From an uncultured Actinomycetes bacterium (GTDB lineage Bacteria > Actinomycetota > Thermoleophilia > RBG-16-64-13), in contig CAVPLM010000005.1 in the NCBI GenBank assembly GCA_963706025.1, positions 416,001 through 480,000 on the forward strand: a stretch of DNA of 64,000 nucleotides. Direction: 5' to 3'. Under the pieces are notes generated by a model. That model did no database searches and had not been told where the DNA came from. It was given only the letters and a program-made list of their open reading frames with translations. A program made the position numbers and the translations under genes. Positions 37,842 to 48,714 of the stretch are shown here, piece by piece. The first letter of the stretch is position 1; each line of letters begins with the position of its first letter.

Positions 37842-37870
37842 TTGACGCCCCCAGACGGGGGCCCTATACT
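37842..37870 (+). promoter_or_regulatory. sigma70 promoter of tRNA-Leu
   Basis: TTGACG-N17-TATACT. Confidence 0.78.
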
Positions 37871-37891
37871 CACCGCTGTTCGCAAGTCCAC

Positions 37892-37976
37892 GTCCGAGTG
37901 GCGGAACTGGCAGACGCGCTAGGTTGAGGGCCTAGTGAGTGCATAACTCATGGGGGTTCAAGTCCCCCCTCGGACA
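37892..37976 (+). tRNA. tRNA-Leu(GAG)
   Basis: GTCCGAGTGGCGGAACTGG...CTAGG-TTGAGGG-CCTAG, long variable arm, GGTTCAAGTCC. Confidence 0.96.
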
Positions 37977-38134
37977 CCTCTCTCCCCCTCTTTCGCGGTC
38001 GCGCGCTTCGCATCTGCTTGAACAAACCTGATCCAAGTGGTTGCATCGGCGGCTGAACGGGTAGTCTGCTAACGTTGCAGACAGGCAAGATCGGCGTGGA
38101 TTCGAGTCAACCTTTCGACGATCCGGAGGAAGAA

Positions 38135-40644
38135 ATGGTCAGAGGCCCCGCAGAACTCCGACCCGACGAGATATACCGGCTTTGCGACGGGTCGATCTTC
38201 CCGTTCGAGACCACAGCGGAATTGCCCGAGTTTGCCGACATCATCGGTCAGGCCCGCGCTGTATCCTCGGTGGAGTTCGGGATGGGGATCAGCAACGACG
38301 GCTACAACATCTTCGCCGTCGGTCCTGCAGGGACGGGGAAATCCAGCACTATCCTTGGCTTCCTGTCCCGAGAGGCGGCCTCTCTTCCGGCCCCCGATGA
38401 CTGGGTCTACGTCTACAACTTCGCCAAGCCGTATCAGCCGAATGCGATCCGGATGCCGGCCGGTCGGGGTGATGAGTTCCGCAAGGATATGGAGAAGCTG
38501 GTCGAGGATCTCCAGGCCGCAATCACCCAAGCCTTCGAGAGCGAGGAATACGAGAAGCAGAAGCGGGAGATCGCCCAGCAGGTCAGCGAGCGCCAGGAGA
38601 GCAAGCTGAGCGCGCTCAGCCAGAAGGCGGAGTCAGGACAGTTCCAGATGGTACGCACCCCCGCGGGCTTGGCCTTCGCTCCCAAGACCGCAGACAACGA
38701 GACCATGTCGCGAGAGGCGTATGAAGCCCTGCCCCCCGAGGAGCAGAAACGCATCGACGACGGCCTTGAAAGCTTGAACGAAGAACTGCAGCAGATAATG
38801 CGTCTCGTCCGGCAGGACGAGCGGGCCGGCCGGGAGTCCTGGCGAGAGCTCGACCGTCAGGTCACCACGTTCGCCGCAAAGCATCTTGTTGACGAGGCCT
38901 GCGAGCGCTGGTGTGACGTGCCCGAGATGGTGGACTATCTGCAGGGCGTCCTGCAAGACGTGGTGGAGAACGCCGACGACTTCAAGAAGTCGGACGACGA
39001 GACGCCGGTTATGTTCATGGGCATGCCCATCTCTCCACGCCAGAAGGGCGAGGGCGTCTTCCGCAAGTACAAGATCAACGTTCTGGTCGACAACTCGAAA
39101 CAGACCGGAGCTCCCGTCGTCAGCGAAAGCAACCCCTTGATGGGGAACTTGGTTGGCCGGATCGAGCATCAGGCGCAATTCGGCGCTCTGCTCACCGACT
39201 TCAGCATGATCAAACCTGGAGCCTTGCACAAGGCCAACGGTGGCTTTCTCGTGCTCGACGCCAGAGATGTCCTTATGAAGCCTTATGCGTGGGACGCCCT
39301 GAAGCGCACGCTCAAGACCTCCGAGATCCGGGTGGAGGATATCGCCCAGCAGATGGGCTTCGTCACCACCGCCACCCTTGATCCGGAACCCATCCCCTTC
39401 AAGGCCAAGATCGTGCTCATCGGGGAACCCTTCATCTACTACCTGCTTTACACACAGGACCCGGAATTCCAGGAATTGTTCAAAGTCAAAGCCGACTTCG
39501 ACACCGTCGTGGACCGAACCCCGGACAACGAGCAACTGTATGCCCGCTTCATAGGCCACCTCTGCCGGCAACGCGGTCTCCCCCCTTCTCTGCCGACGGA
39601 GTCGCCCGCGTGATCGAGCAGTGTTCCCGCTTGGTCGAAGACCAGCGCAAGATGACTACCCGGTTCGTCGATGTCGCCGACCTTCTCACAGAATCCGGGT
39701 ACTGGGCGGGAAAGGGACGCCGGGGGCGGGCAAGGCCTGTGGTTCTAGGAAAGCACGTCCAGAAAGCCATAGACCAGCGGGTCTACCGCTCCAACCGGGT
39801 GGAAGAGCGGGTGCGCGAGATGATCACCGAGGCGACCGTGATGGTCGACACTCGAGGTGCAGTGGTCGGCCAGATAAACGGGCTTTCGGTCTCGTCGATA
39901 GGAGACTACATGTTCGGGCGCCCCAGCCGCATTACCGCCACGCACCGCCTGGGGGATGGCGAACTGGTGGATATCGAGCGAGAGGTGGAGATGGGCGGTC
40001 CCATCCACTCCAAAGGGGTACTGATACTGGCGGGCTATCTGGGCGCCAAGTACGCCTCCGACCGGCCTCTCTCTCTGACGGCCCGGCTCGTGTTCGAGCA
40101 ATCCTACTCCGGAGTGGAAGGCGATAGCGCTTCGTCGGCCGAGTTGTATGCCCTGCTGTCCTCGCTCTCCGGCCTGCCCATCCAACAGCGTTTCGCTGTG
40201 ACCGGTTCGGTCAACCAGCGTGGGCAGGTGCAGGCAATCGGGGGTGTCAACGAGAAGATCGAGGGCTTCTTCGCAGTGTGCAAGGCTCTGGGTCTGAGGG
40301 GCGATGAAGGCGTTCTGATCCCGAAGTCCAACGTCCGCAACCTGATGTTGAGCGAATCGGTACGGCAGGCCGTGGAGAAGGGACGGTTCCACATCTACCC
40401 CATCACGAGCATCGACGAAGGGATCACCGTGTTGACCGGCCTTCCTGCCGGTGCACTCAGCGCAAAGGGAGCGTATCCGAGGGGATCGGTCAATCGCCTC
40501 GTGGTCGACCGCCTGGCCTTCCTCACCGAAAAGGCGCGAGAAGGAGAACGCAAGAAGGACAGAACCGGAGGACGGACCAGCGCGACTGGGGACGATGGAT
40601 CGCTCCGCCCAGCGCGGAATGAGGCGACCAAGACCTCATTCTGA
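38135..40644 (+). CDS. Lon-like (LonC/LonB-type, S16) protease, -1 frameshift in a C-run near 39580
   Basis: IIGQ.RA, GPAGTGKS, IKPGALHKANGG, FKVKADF; GQINGL, HSKG, EGDSAS catalytic Ser, IGGVNEKIEGF catalytic Lys. Confidence 0.9.
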
Positions 40645-40679
40645 AACGAGTTCTAGGAAGCAGGTCGACGCCAGTTCGA

Positions 40680-40708
40680 GGTGTGAGGGGCGGCACGCCC
40701 CTCACACC
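40680..40708. terminator. hairpin between convergent genes (likely bidirectional terminator)
   Basis: GGTGTGAGGGGCG-GCA-CGCCCCTCACACC 13-bp perfect stem. Confidence 0.7.
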
Positions 40709-40722
40709 CAACCCTTCTACTC

Positions 40723-43420
40723 CTATACTCGCTCAATGCGGACCGCCGGAGTACCGGAGACCCCCCATTCGAAGAGACGGGCGGCCGGCGCCGTTGCAGA
40801 GAAGCCGGGTAGGAACACGACACCCGCCGGTACGCGTCCGGTGACCCAGGCCTCAAGCTCGATCGCCGCCTGATTGCGCCCGACGACCCTTACCCGGTCG
40901 CCGTCCGAGATACCGATGCTCGTCGCATCCGCGGGGTTGACCTCGAGTCTGGCCTCGTCGACCAAGCTGGTCAGCCCGGCCGAGCGGCGCGACCGCACAC
41001 CTGTTCCGTGGTGCTCGAGGACGCAACCAGTGAGCAGCACGAACCCATAGTCGGCATCGACCGCTGTTTCCGAGATGCCGCTTTCCACGGGCGCGAATAC
41101 GGCTTTGCCCCCGCGCGAACTCACTCACGTGCAGGACGGCAGTACCTGGGTGGTCCACTCCCGGGCAAGGCAGCTGCAGACCCTCGTCATCGAGACGGTC
41201 ATACGAGATGCCCTTGTAGCACCAGACCACGTCGGCGATCTCGCGCATCACGTCCGCGGGCTCTGCATAGGCCCAATCGCCACCAAGCCCTTTGGCCAAC
41301 CGCTGGATGATCTTCCAGTCGGGAAGCGCCTCCCCCAGTGGCGGAACCGCCGGCCGTACCCGCTGGACGAAACGCTCCACATTGGTGAAGGTGCCTTCAT
41401 CCTCACTGCTGACCACGGACGGCAGGACCACATCGGCGAACTTCGCGGTCTCTGTGAGGAAACTATCCTGCAAGACCACGCAATTCACCTTCGTCAAGGC
41501 CTGGCGAGTCCTGGCCTCGTCGGCGGCGGAGAGCGCCGGATCGGTCCCAACGACGTATAAGAAGCCGATCTCACCCTTTTCTGCGGCCTCGAGCACCTGG
41601 CTGGAGGTTCGACCGGGCACCGCAGCGGACAGGGTGGCACCCCAGGCCGCTTCCAACCTGGCGACAGCTTCGGGGTCGTTCGGTAGCGACCCTCCGGGGA
41701 GTCGGTCAGGGCGGAGGCCCATGTCGAACAGGCCCTGCGAGTTGGCGCCGGCACGCAGCGGGTAGACGCCGGTGCCCGGACGCCCGATGTTGCCGGTGAG
41801 GAGGGCCAGGTCGGTCACCGCCTTCACCGACGCTACTCCCGTTGAGCCGTGGGTCAGACCCGGTCCGAACAGGATAGCGGCAGCGGCGGCCTGGCCGTAG
41901 GCCGCGGCCGCCGCCCGCAGGACATCCGCATCTAGACCGCAGGCGGCGGCTTCGCCGGCTACGTCCACCTTCTCCAACGAAGCCAGAAAAGCGTCGAAAC
42001 CCTCCGTACGGTCCGCCACGAACTCCGCATCGTTGAGGCCGAGGTCGAGCAGGTGGCGCATCATCCCGCGAAGTAGCGCAAGATCCGTCCCCGGCTTGAT
42101 GGCCAGGTGATGCTTGGCCCGCCGGGCGAGCTCGGTGGTGCGCGGATCCACGACGATCACGGTCTTGCCCTTGCGCATCGCTCTGATCACATCGAGCGCA
42201 AGAACCGGGTCGGATTCGGTAAGGTTGGCGCCGATCACGAGGATCACGTCGGCCGCCCCCAGATCCTTGCGCGAATTGGTGGCGGGGGCCGCTCCGAAGG
42301 CGGCCGGGAGAGCTTCCTCGGAGGCAGCCTGCCAACCGTGGTCGATGGAATCGATGTTGTTCGAGCCCAGGAGTCCGCGTACCAGCTTCTGCAAGAGGTA
42401 GGCCGCTTCATTGGTGCAGTGTGTCCCACACACCGCCGCAATGGCTTGGCCCCCCTTCTCCTTCCGGACCGCCGCGGCCTTCTCGACCACCCGAGCCAGA
42501 GCTTCCTCCCACGAGGCCTCTTCCAGCTCTCCGGCAGCGCTCCTCACCAGAGGGGCAGTCAGCCGGTCGGGAGCGTCGGTGTAACCGATCCCGAAGCGCC
42601 CCTTCACGCACAGGTTGCCGGCGTTGAGGCCCTTCTCCAGTTCCGAGGCGACCCGGACCACCTTGTCCCGGTAGCTGTGCAGGACCAGACGGCAACCATT
42701 GCTGCAGTAAGAGCAGGTGGTGGCGGTCTTCGTAGTCTGCCACTCGCGCGCGCCCTGAGGAGTGCGCTGACCGATGACCGCCCCGACCGGACAGGTGCTC
42801 ACGCACTGTCCGCAGGAGACGCAACCCACTTGCTGCAAGGGGAGCCGATAGGCCGTGTCGACCTCGCTCTCGTAGCCGCGATTGAGATATCCCCAGCAGC
42901 CGATCGACATCACTTCGCGACAGATGCGTACGCATCGACCACACAGAATGCACCGGGCCCCGAAGTGAGCCACGTTCGGATGGTCGCCTGGATCGCCGGC
43001 CAGTGGTCCCCGCCAGCCCCATGGCACCATATCCACGAGATACTCGTAGGCATAGTCCTGTAGACGGCAGTCGCCGGCGGCCTCGCAGACGGGGCAATCG
43101 AGCGGATGGTTGGTCAGCAGTAGTTCCATCACGAACTTGCGCAGCTTGAGGATCTTCTCGCTGTGCGTCTCCACGACCATGCCTGCCCTGATCGCAGTCC
43201 CGCAGGCTGCCATGGGGCCGCGGGCGCCTTCCACCTCCACCAGGCACATACGGCAGGCGCCATAGGGCTCAAGACGGGGATCGTGGCACAGGGTGGGGAT
43301 GTCGACGCCTGCTTCGCGCGCCACCTCCAGGATGGTCTTGCCAGGGAGTGCCTGGATCTCCCGCCCGTTGAGGGTGAGAGTCACCGGTTGGGCCCCGGTC
43401 GGCTCGGCGGCGACGGACAT
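40723..43420 (-). CDS. FdhF/NuoG-like Fe-S molybdopterin-oxidoreductase-fold subunit lacking the catalytic Cys/Sec; +1 frameshift near 41108
   Basis: [2Fe-2S] (IPTLC...GACRMC), HPLDCPVC.....C, CILCGRCVRIC, CVSCGQCVSTCP, CSYCSNGC...LCVKGRFG; active-site region reads NNIDSIDHGWQ. Confidence 0.88.
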
Positions 43421-45309
43421 CACGACCTCCTCACAGCGTCGAATCGGCACTTGTCGTAGCATTCTCCGCACTTGATGCAAAGCTCTTGATCGATCACGTG
43501 GATTTCCTTGCGCTCTCCGGTGATGGCCTGGACCGGGCAGACACGGATGCAGGCCCGGCACCCGGTGCAGGTCCCGGGGTCGATGGAGTAGGTGGTGAGG
43601 GCTTCGCAGGCCCCCGCCCTGCATTTGTGCTCGATCACGTGCTCCTCGAACTCCTCCCGGAAGTACTTCAGAGCAGTGAGGACCGGGTTCGGGGCCGTGG
43701 TGCCCAGTCCACACAGCGAGCCGGTCCGCACTTGCTGGGCCATCTCCTCAAGGAACGTCAGGTCGCCGAGCGTGCCCTTGCCCTCACAGACCTTGTCGAG
43801 CAGATCCAGCATGCGTTTGGTGCCGATCCGGCAGGGCGGGCACTTGCCGCAACTCTCGTGTTGGGTGAAACGCAGGAAATAGCGGGCGGTATCAACGATG
43901 CAGTTGTCCTCGTCGATGACGATCATTCCACCCGAGCCGACGATCGCACCGGTCTGGTTGATAGTCTCGTAGTCGACAGGAAGATCCAGGAGCGATTCGG
44001 GCAGACAGCCACCCGAGGGGCCTCCCATCTGCACCGCTTTGAAAGCCTTGTCGTTCTTGATTCCGCCCCCGATCCCGAAAATCACTTCCCGGAGGCTCTT
44101 TCCCATCGGGACCTCCGCCAGGCCGGTGCGGTTCACCTTGCCCGCCAGGGCGAAGACCTTGGTGCCTTTGGACTTCTCGTAGCCGCGGGAGGCAAAAGCC
44201 TCTGCTCCGTTCAGGATGATCCAGGGTACTACCGAGAGGGTCTCGACATTGTTTATGTTGGTCGGACGGCCCCACAGCCCCGATTCGGCCGGGTAGGGAG
44301 GGCGCAGGCGAGGCATCCCGCGCCTGCCCTCGATGGACTCCATCATAGCCGTCTCTTCGCCGCAGACGAAGGCCCCTGCACCTTCCTTGATCGTGACATG
44401 GAAGGAGAAGCCCGAGCCCATGATGTTGTCGCCGATGAGCCCCCGTTGCTCAGCCACTTGCACGCCGATCTTGAGACGTCTAAGAGCCAGGGGGTACTCT
44501 GCCCGCACATATACGTAGCCCAGGGGGGCTCCGATCGCATACGCACCGATGGCCATACCCTCGAACACCGCGTGCGGATCGCCTTCCAACACCGAGCAGT
44601 CCATGAAGGCGCCGGGGTCGCCTTCGTCGCCGTTGCAGATGAAGTACTTGATCCCGTCCGGCGACGAATAGCCCGCAGCGAACTGCCACTTCTGGCCGGT
44701 GGGGAAACCCGCGCCTCCACGACCTCGCAGCCCCGAGCGTTTGATCTCGTCGACGACCTCCTCGGGCGACATGCTGGAGAGGACCTTGTAGAGAGCCTGA
44801 TAGCCGTCGGCCTCCAAGTAGTCGTCGATGTCCTCGGGATCGATGATCCCCACGTGCCGCAGGGTGAGCTTCTCCTGCGCCTCGTAGAAGGAAGCGAACT
44901 CGGTCGGGCCATCATCGCTAAGCACCAGCCACTTCGCGATCGGCTCCCCGCCGATGATGTGCTTCGCGATGATCTCGTCCACCATGGCCGGCGTCACCTG
45001 ACCGTAGGTGACTTTGTGAGCAGATCCGTTGCGCCTGAGTATCACCTCCACCAGCGGGTCCATGGCGCAGAGACCCTGGCAACCGGTGCCCGTGATCGAG
45101 GCGCACTGCCCCCCGCACTCATCCTCGCGGGGACGGATCACTGCGTAGACCCCTGAGAGGGCGAGCTTCTTCTCGAAGGCCTTCAGTACCTCCCGGCTCC
45201 CCGCGGCGACGCCCCCGGTACCCAAGCAGATGCGCACTTCGACTTCGGGAACGCTCAGGCGGGGGTTGCGCGGCGCCGGTCTTTCCAAGACTCGCTCGGG
45301 AGCCATCAC
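43420..45309 (-). CDS. NuoF/HydB-like NADH-binding flavoprotein subunit with C-terminal 2x[4Fe-4S]
   Basis: GLRGRGGAGFPTG, NGDEGDPGAFMD, GAFVCGEETA, GGPSGG, ESCGKCPPCR, CTGCRAC...CIKCGEC. Confidence 0.93.
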   Translation of the reverse strand: MMAPERVLERPAPRNPRLSVPEVEVRICLGTGGVAAGSREVLKAFEKKLALSGVYAVIRPREDECGGQCASITGTGCQGLCAMDPLVEVILRRNGSAHKVTYGQVTPAMVDEIIAKHIIGGEPIAKWLVLSDDGPTEFASFYEAQEKLTLRHVGIIDPEDIDDYLEADGYQALYKVLSSMSPEEVVDEIKRSGLRGRGGAGFPTGQKWQFAAGYSSPDGIKYFICNGDEGDPGAFMDCSVLEGDPHAVFEGMAIGAYAIGAPLGYVYVRAEYPLALRRLKIGVQVAEQRGLIGDNIMGSGFSFHVTIKEGAGAFVCGEETAMMESIEGRRGMPRLRPPYPAESGLWGRPTNINNVETLSVVPWIILNGAEAFASRGYEKSKGTKVFALAGKVNRTGLAEVPMGKSLREVIFGIGGGIKNDKAFKAVQMGGPSGGCLPESLLDLPVDYETINQTGAIVGSGGMIVIDEDNCIVDTARYFLRFTQHESCGKCPPCRIGTKRMLDLLDKVCEGKGTLGDLTFLEEMAQQVRTGSLCGLGTTAPNPVLTALKYFREEFEEHVIEHKCRAGACEALTTYSIDPGTCTGCRACIRVCPVQAITGERKEIHVIDQELCIKCGECYDKCRFDAVRRS

Positions 45310-45857
45310 TCCTCACTCTCCTGCCCGCTCGCGGCAGGAGAACCGCCGTTCTCCCCCTCTACCTCCGCCTGGAAGGTCTTGACGACTTCCACCGCCTTAT
45401 CCGGGGTCAGCTTGCCGTGCGCCCGGTCGTTGATCATCACGACAGGAGCCATTCCGCAGGCACCCACGCAGTGCACCTCTTCGATCGTGTACAGCATGTC
45501 CGAGGTGTTCTCACCGGCATGGATGCCGAGATGCTTCTCGATCTCGCGCGAAATGAGCGGTGCGCCGGACACATGGCAGGCGGTGCCATGGCAGCAGCGG
45601 ATGGTGTTCTTGGCGTGGGGTTGCAGTCTGAACTGGGAGTAGAAGGTGGCCACGCCGAGAGCCTGGCTGAGGGGCTCGCCAGCCGTCTCGGCCACACGAG
45701 CCATCACCTCTTCCGGCAGGTAGCCGAAGATGGCCTGTGCTCCCTGTAGGAGAGGCACAAGTGCGCCCGGTTGTCCCTCGTAGTGATCGAGTAGCTCCCG
45801 AAACTGCTCTTCCAGCTCCGGCTCGATCGTTGTCCCAGCCACAGTCCCACTCGTCAT
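45306..45857 (-). CDS. NuoE/HydC-like [2Fe-2S] subunit
   Basis: GVATFYSQF, C.GTACHV, CVGACGMAP. Confidence 0.93.
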   Translation of the reverse strand: MTSGTVAGTTIEPELEEQFRELLDHYEGQPGALVPLLQGAQAIFGYLPEEVMARVAETAGEPLSQALGVATFYSQFRLQPHAKNTIRCCHGTACHVSGAPLISREIEKHLGIHAGENTSDMLYTIEEVHCVGACGMAPVVMINDRAHGKLTPDKAVEVVKTFQAEVEGENGGSPAASGQESEE

Positions 45858-45994
45858 CGATATGGCCTCCGTAGGTCCGGGCTATTGTAGCTCGGCGTTT
45901 AGGACAGAATACAAGGATTTGTCGGTCGCCGCCCGCACCAGGCGCACCATACCCAAGGGGCCGTAGAGAGCGTCGGACCCGGCTGCGACCATGT

Positions 45995-46927
45995 TCAGGT
46001 TGTCCACTCCGACGAACACCGGTCCTTGATCACACCAGGAGTTCTAGCTTGGGCGAAGCTCTCGCCCGCTTGGAAAGAGCTGCGAACGAACGGCCCGGCC
46101 TGCACTCGAAGACCGAGAGCTTCGCCCCACTCCCGGTACCTTGCGAAGACCTCAGGGTGCACATACTCCACCACCGGGAGATGGCACGCCGAGGGCCGCA
46201 AATACTGCCCGATGGTCACCATGTGTACTCCGGCTTCCGCCACCTGACGCAGGAGATCGGCAATCTCCTCCTGCGTCTCACCCAACCCCACCATCCAGCC
46301 GGTCTTCACCACACTCTGTCGCACCAGGGCCGCCCGTCTCAGCACCATCAGGGAGCGCTCATACACTGCCTGTGGCCGAACGGTAAGGTACAGGCGGGGG
46401 ACGGTCTCGATATTGTGGTTGAAGACCTCTGGCGCTTCGGCCAACACCATGTCGAGATCCTCCATTCGACCGGCAAAATCAGGGACGAGCACTTCTAGGG
46501 TCACCCCGGGAGCTCTTGAACGGATGGCCCGCATGGTATCCACATAGTGTCCCGCCCCCCCATCTTTCAGATCGTCGCGAGTGACTGAGGTAACGACGGC
46601 GTGTAACAGTCCCAGGCGGCTCACAGCGTCGGCGACGTTCTTTGGTTCCAGGGGATCCAAAGTAGCCGGCCGTCCGGTGGCCACGCCGCAGAAGCCACAG
46701 TCACGAGTGCACACATCCCCCATGATGAGGAACGTGGCGGTGCCCGCCGCGAAACACTCGCCCAGATTGGGGCAGAGAGCGCTCTCGCAGACAGTGTGCA
46801 AGTGCCTGTCGCGGAGCAAGGTCTCCATTCTCCGCAGGGCGCCGGACTCGGGCAGTGGCTTCTTGAGCCAATCCGGCTTTCGACTCGGCCGGTCGTCCCT
46901 GCTGTCAAACACCGTGCGCTCGTTCAC
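45995..46927 (-). CDS. lipA: lipoyl synthase
   Basis: RKPDWLK, CESALCPNLGEC (CX4CX5C), CTRDCGFC, TSVTRDDL, GQYLRP, VRSSF; GTG start overlaps the larC stop. Confidence 0.95.
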   Translation of the reverse strand: MNERTVFDSRDDRPSRKPDWLKKPLPESGALRRMETLLRDRHLHTVCESALCPNLGECFAAGTATFLIMGDVCTRDCGFCGVATGRPATLDPLEPKNVADAVSRLGLLHAVVTSVTRDDLKDGGAGHYVDTMRAIRSRAPGVTLEVLVPDFAGRMEDLDMVLAEAPEVFNHNIETVPRLYLTVRPQAVYERSLMVLRRAALVRQSVVKTGWMVGLGETQEEIADLLRQVAEAGVHMVTIGQYLRPSACHLPVVEYVHPEVFARYREWGEALGLRVQAGPFVRSSFQAGESFAQARTPGVIKDRCSSEWTT

Positions 46928-48189
46928 GAGATCGAGACACCGTGTTCGAGCCGTGCGGCCGCGGCCTCGGTCGCCAGCTGCATCACGACCCTCAAAGGCA
47001 GGCCGGCCGCCGTCGCTGCGCCGGCCGCGTCTTCGTACTCCGGCGCGACACTCACCAGACGGTCGCGCCACCGGCCCCATTTCACCCTCACCTCGCGACC
47101 CGCTACCTCGACGGTCACCGTTCCCCGTGTGGCCAGCCAGCGCGAGGCCGGCTGCCGGCGGACGCCCAGCGTCCCCGTCTGTCCAAGCAGGAGTTCCACC
47201 GCGGCGGGCTCAGCGTCAGGGCGGACGAGGGCATGAACGACCACCCCTGGGCGGTCCTTCTTCATCTGAGCGGCCACGGTCCACACGTCCAGCGCTCCTG
47301 TTTCGCGCAGCAGGCGACACGTGTAGCCGATCACCTCCGGCGAGACATCGTCGAGGTTGGTCTGCAGTTCGACGACCGTATCCAGTCCCTCCTCGCCAGC
47401 GAGGGATGCACCCCGACCCTCCCACGAGCGCCCCAACAGGACCCTCAGAATATTGGGACCGTTATCCAGCTTCATACTCCCGGCGCCGTGCCCCACCTTT
47501 TCGATCTCCATCGGGGGCAGCGGGCCGGGCACAGCTCCCAGTTGACTCACCAGCAGAGCCCCCGTGGGTGTGGTCAGCTCCCGCATCTCAGGGCCTCCCA
47601 CTATCGGATAGCCTTTGAGAAGAAGGGCAGTCGCGGGCGCGGGCACACCCATCCGTCCGTGTGCGATCTCGACGGTGCCGCCTCCCACCGGGATCGGGCC
47701 CACCATGACCTTGTCGACCCCGAAGGCCTCTACCAGCACGAAGGCCCCGACCACATCGACCAGGGTATCCACTGCCCCCACCTCGTGGAAATGGATCTCC
47801 TCCACCGGACAGCCATGGACCTCGGCTTCCACCGCCGCCAGCCGCCGGACCGCAGCTAGGCTGTGAGAGCGCACCCATGCCGACAGAGACGAATCCTCGA
47901 TGATGTGTTCCATGTCGGCCAGGTGCCTGAGGGGAGCGTTCTCGGCAGCGCGTACCCGCACCCGCGTGCACGAAACGCCCCACTCCACGTCGCGTACGAT
48001 TTCCACCATGGAGTCATCCAGGTTCAAGGCGGCCAGGGCCCTCCGCAGGTCGGCTTCGAGCTTACCGCCGGCTTGATCGGTGCTCAGCAGCGCGCCCAGG
48101 AGCATGTCCCCGGACACTCCGGCCCACGGATCCAAATAGAGCAGCGTCCGGTCGATCGCCGTCGCCCCACCACCCGAGTGATCCGCCAT
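46924..48189 (-). CDS. larC: nickel pincer cofactor biosynthesis protein LarC
   Basis: GVSGDMLLGAL, HFHEVGAVD, HG.M.VPAPAT, ELTTPTGA, TNLDD, MKKDRPG, TGTLGVR, PEYED. Confidence 0.93.
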   Translation of the reverse strand: MADHSGGGATAIDRTLLYLDPWAGVSGDMLLGALLSTDQAGGKLEADLRRALAALNLDDSMVEIVRDVEWGVSCTRVRVRAAENAPLRHLADMEHIIEDSSLSAWVRSHSLAAVRRLAAVEAEVHGCPVEEIHFHEVGAVDTLVDVVGAFVLVEAFGVDKVMVGPIPVGGGTVEIAHGRMGVPAPATALLLKGYPIVGGPEMRELTTPTGALLVSQLGAVPGPLPPMEIEKVGHGAGSMKLDNGPNILRVLLGRSWEGRGASLAGEEGLDTVVELQTNLDDVSPEVIGYTCRLLRETGALDVWTVAAQMKKDRPGVVVHALVRPDAEPAAVELLLGQTGTLGVRRQPASRWLATRGTVTVEVAGREVRVKWGRWRDRLVSVAPEYEDAAGAATAAGLPLRVVMQLATEAAAARLEHGVSIS

Positions 48190-48296
48190 CCCGTTCTCCT
48201 TGTCCGCTGTCTCAGTCTCGGTGGTTGCATTCTCGCATGCCACCCCATACACTGCAGAACGTAGGCTCCGGCAACCTTCAGAATCGGGTCAAGGCA

Positions 48297-48674
48297 GTGA
48301 CACAGAGGCGCCTAGCCGACTACATAGGCTTCACGGTGCGCCGTCTGCGCGCGGACCGGGAGTTCACCTTGCAGGCCCTGGCCGACGAGTCCGGGGTCTC
48401 CAAGAGCTACCTGGGTGACATCGAGAAGGGTCGCAAGAACCCCACCACCGACGTCATAGAAGCCATTGCCGACGCGCTGGGCGTGCCGGCTCGAGAACTG
48501 CTTTACCATGCCGCGCTCGACGAGGAGGACCCGTTCCTCCAGCCGGAGCAGCTGAGCTTGGAGGAAGTGGCTGAGGAAGACGCCGAAACGCGGGAGTTGA
48601 CCCAACTGGCCAGGCGCATGCGGACCATCGATCGCCGGCTTCTGCTCGAGTTCGCCCGCAGGCTCTCGCACTAG
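48297..48674 (+). CDS. XRE-family HTH transcriptional regulator
   Basis: RRLR....TLQALA..SGVS.SYL..IE.G.KNPT...I..IA.ALGV; promoter TTGCAT-N17-TACACT at 48225-48253. Confidence 0.88.
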   Translation: MTQRRLADYIGFTVRRLRADREFTLQALADESGVSKSYLGDIEKGRKNPTTDVIEAIADALGVPARELLYHAALDEEDPFLQPEQLSLEEVAEEDAETRELTQLARRMRTIDRRLLLEFARRLSH

Positions 48675-48714
48675 GGGCAGCTGCATCCCTCAAGACAAGG
48701 CCACTCGGGTGCCT

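Noticed and set aside
42300-42360. Selenocysteine recoding in the FdhF-like gene
   Set aside because: The codon is TGG, not TGA, and the flanking residues (SIDHG, Q) are also diverged, so this is not a single miscalled base in an intact motif.
43486-45156. Long antisense ORFs (for example 556 aa opposite the nuoF-like gene)
   Set aside because: Typical shadow ORFs of high-GC codon usage, with no recognisable motifs.
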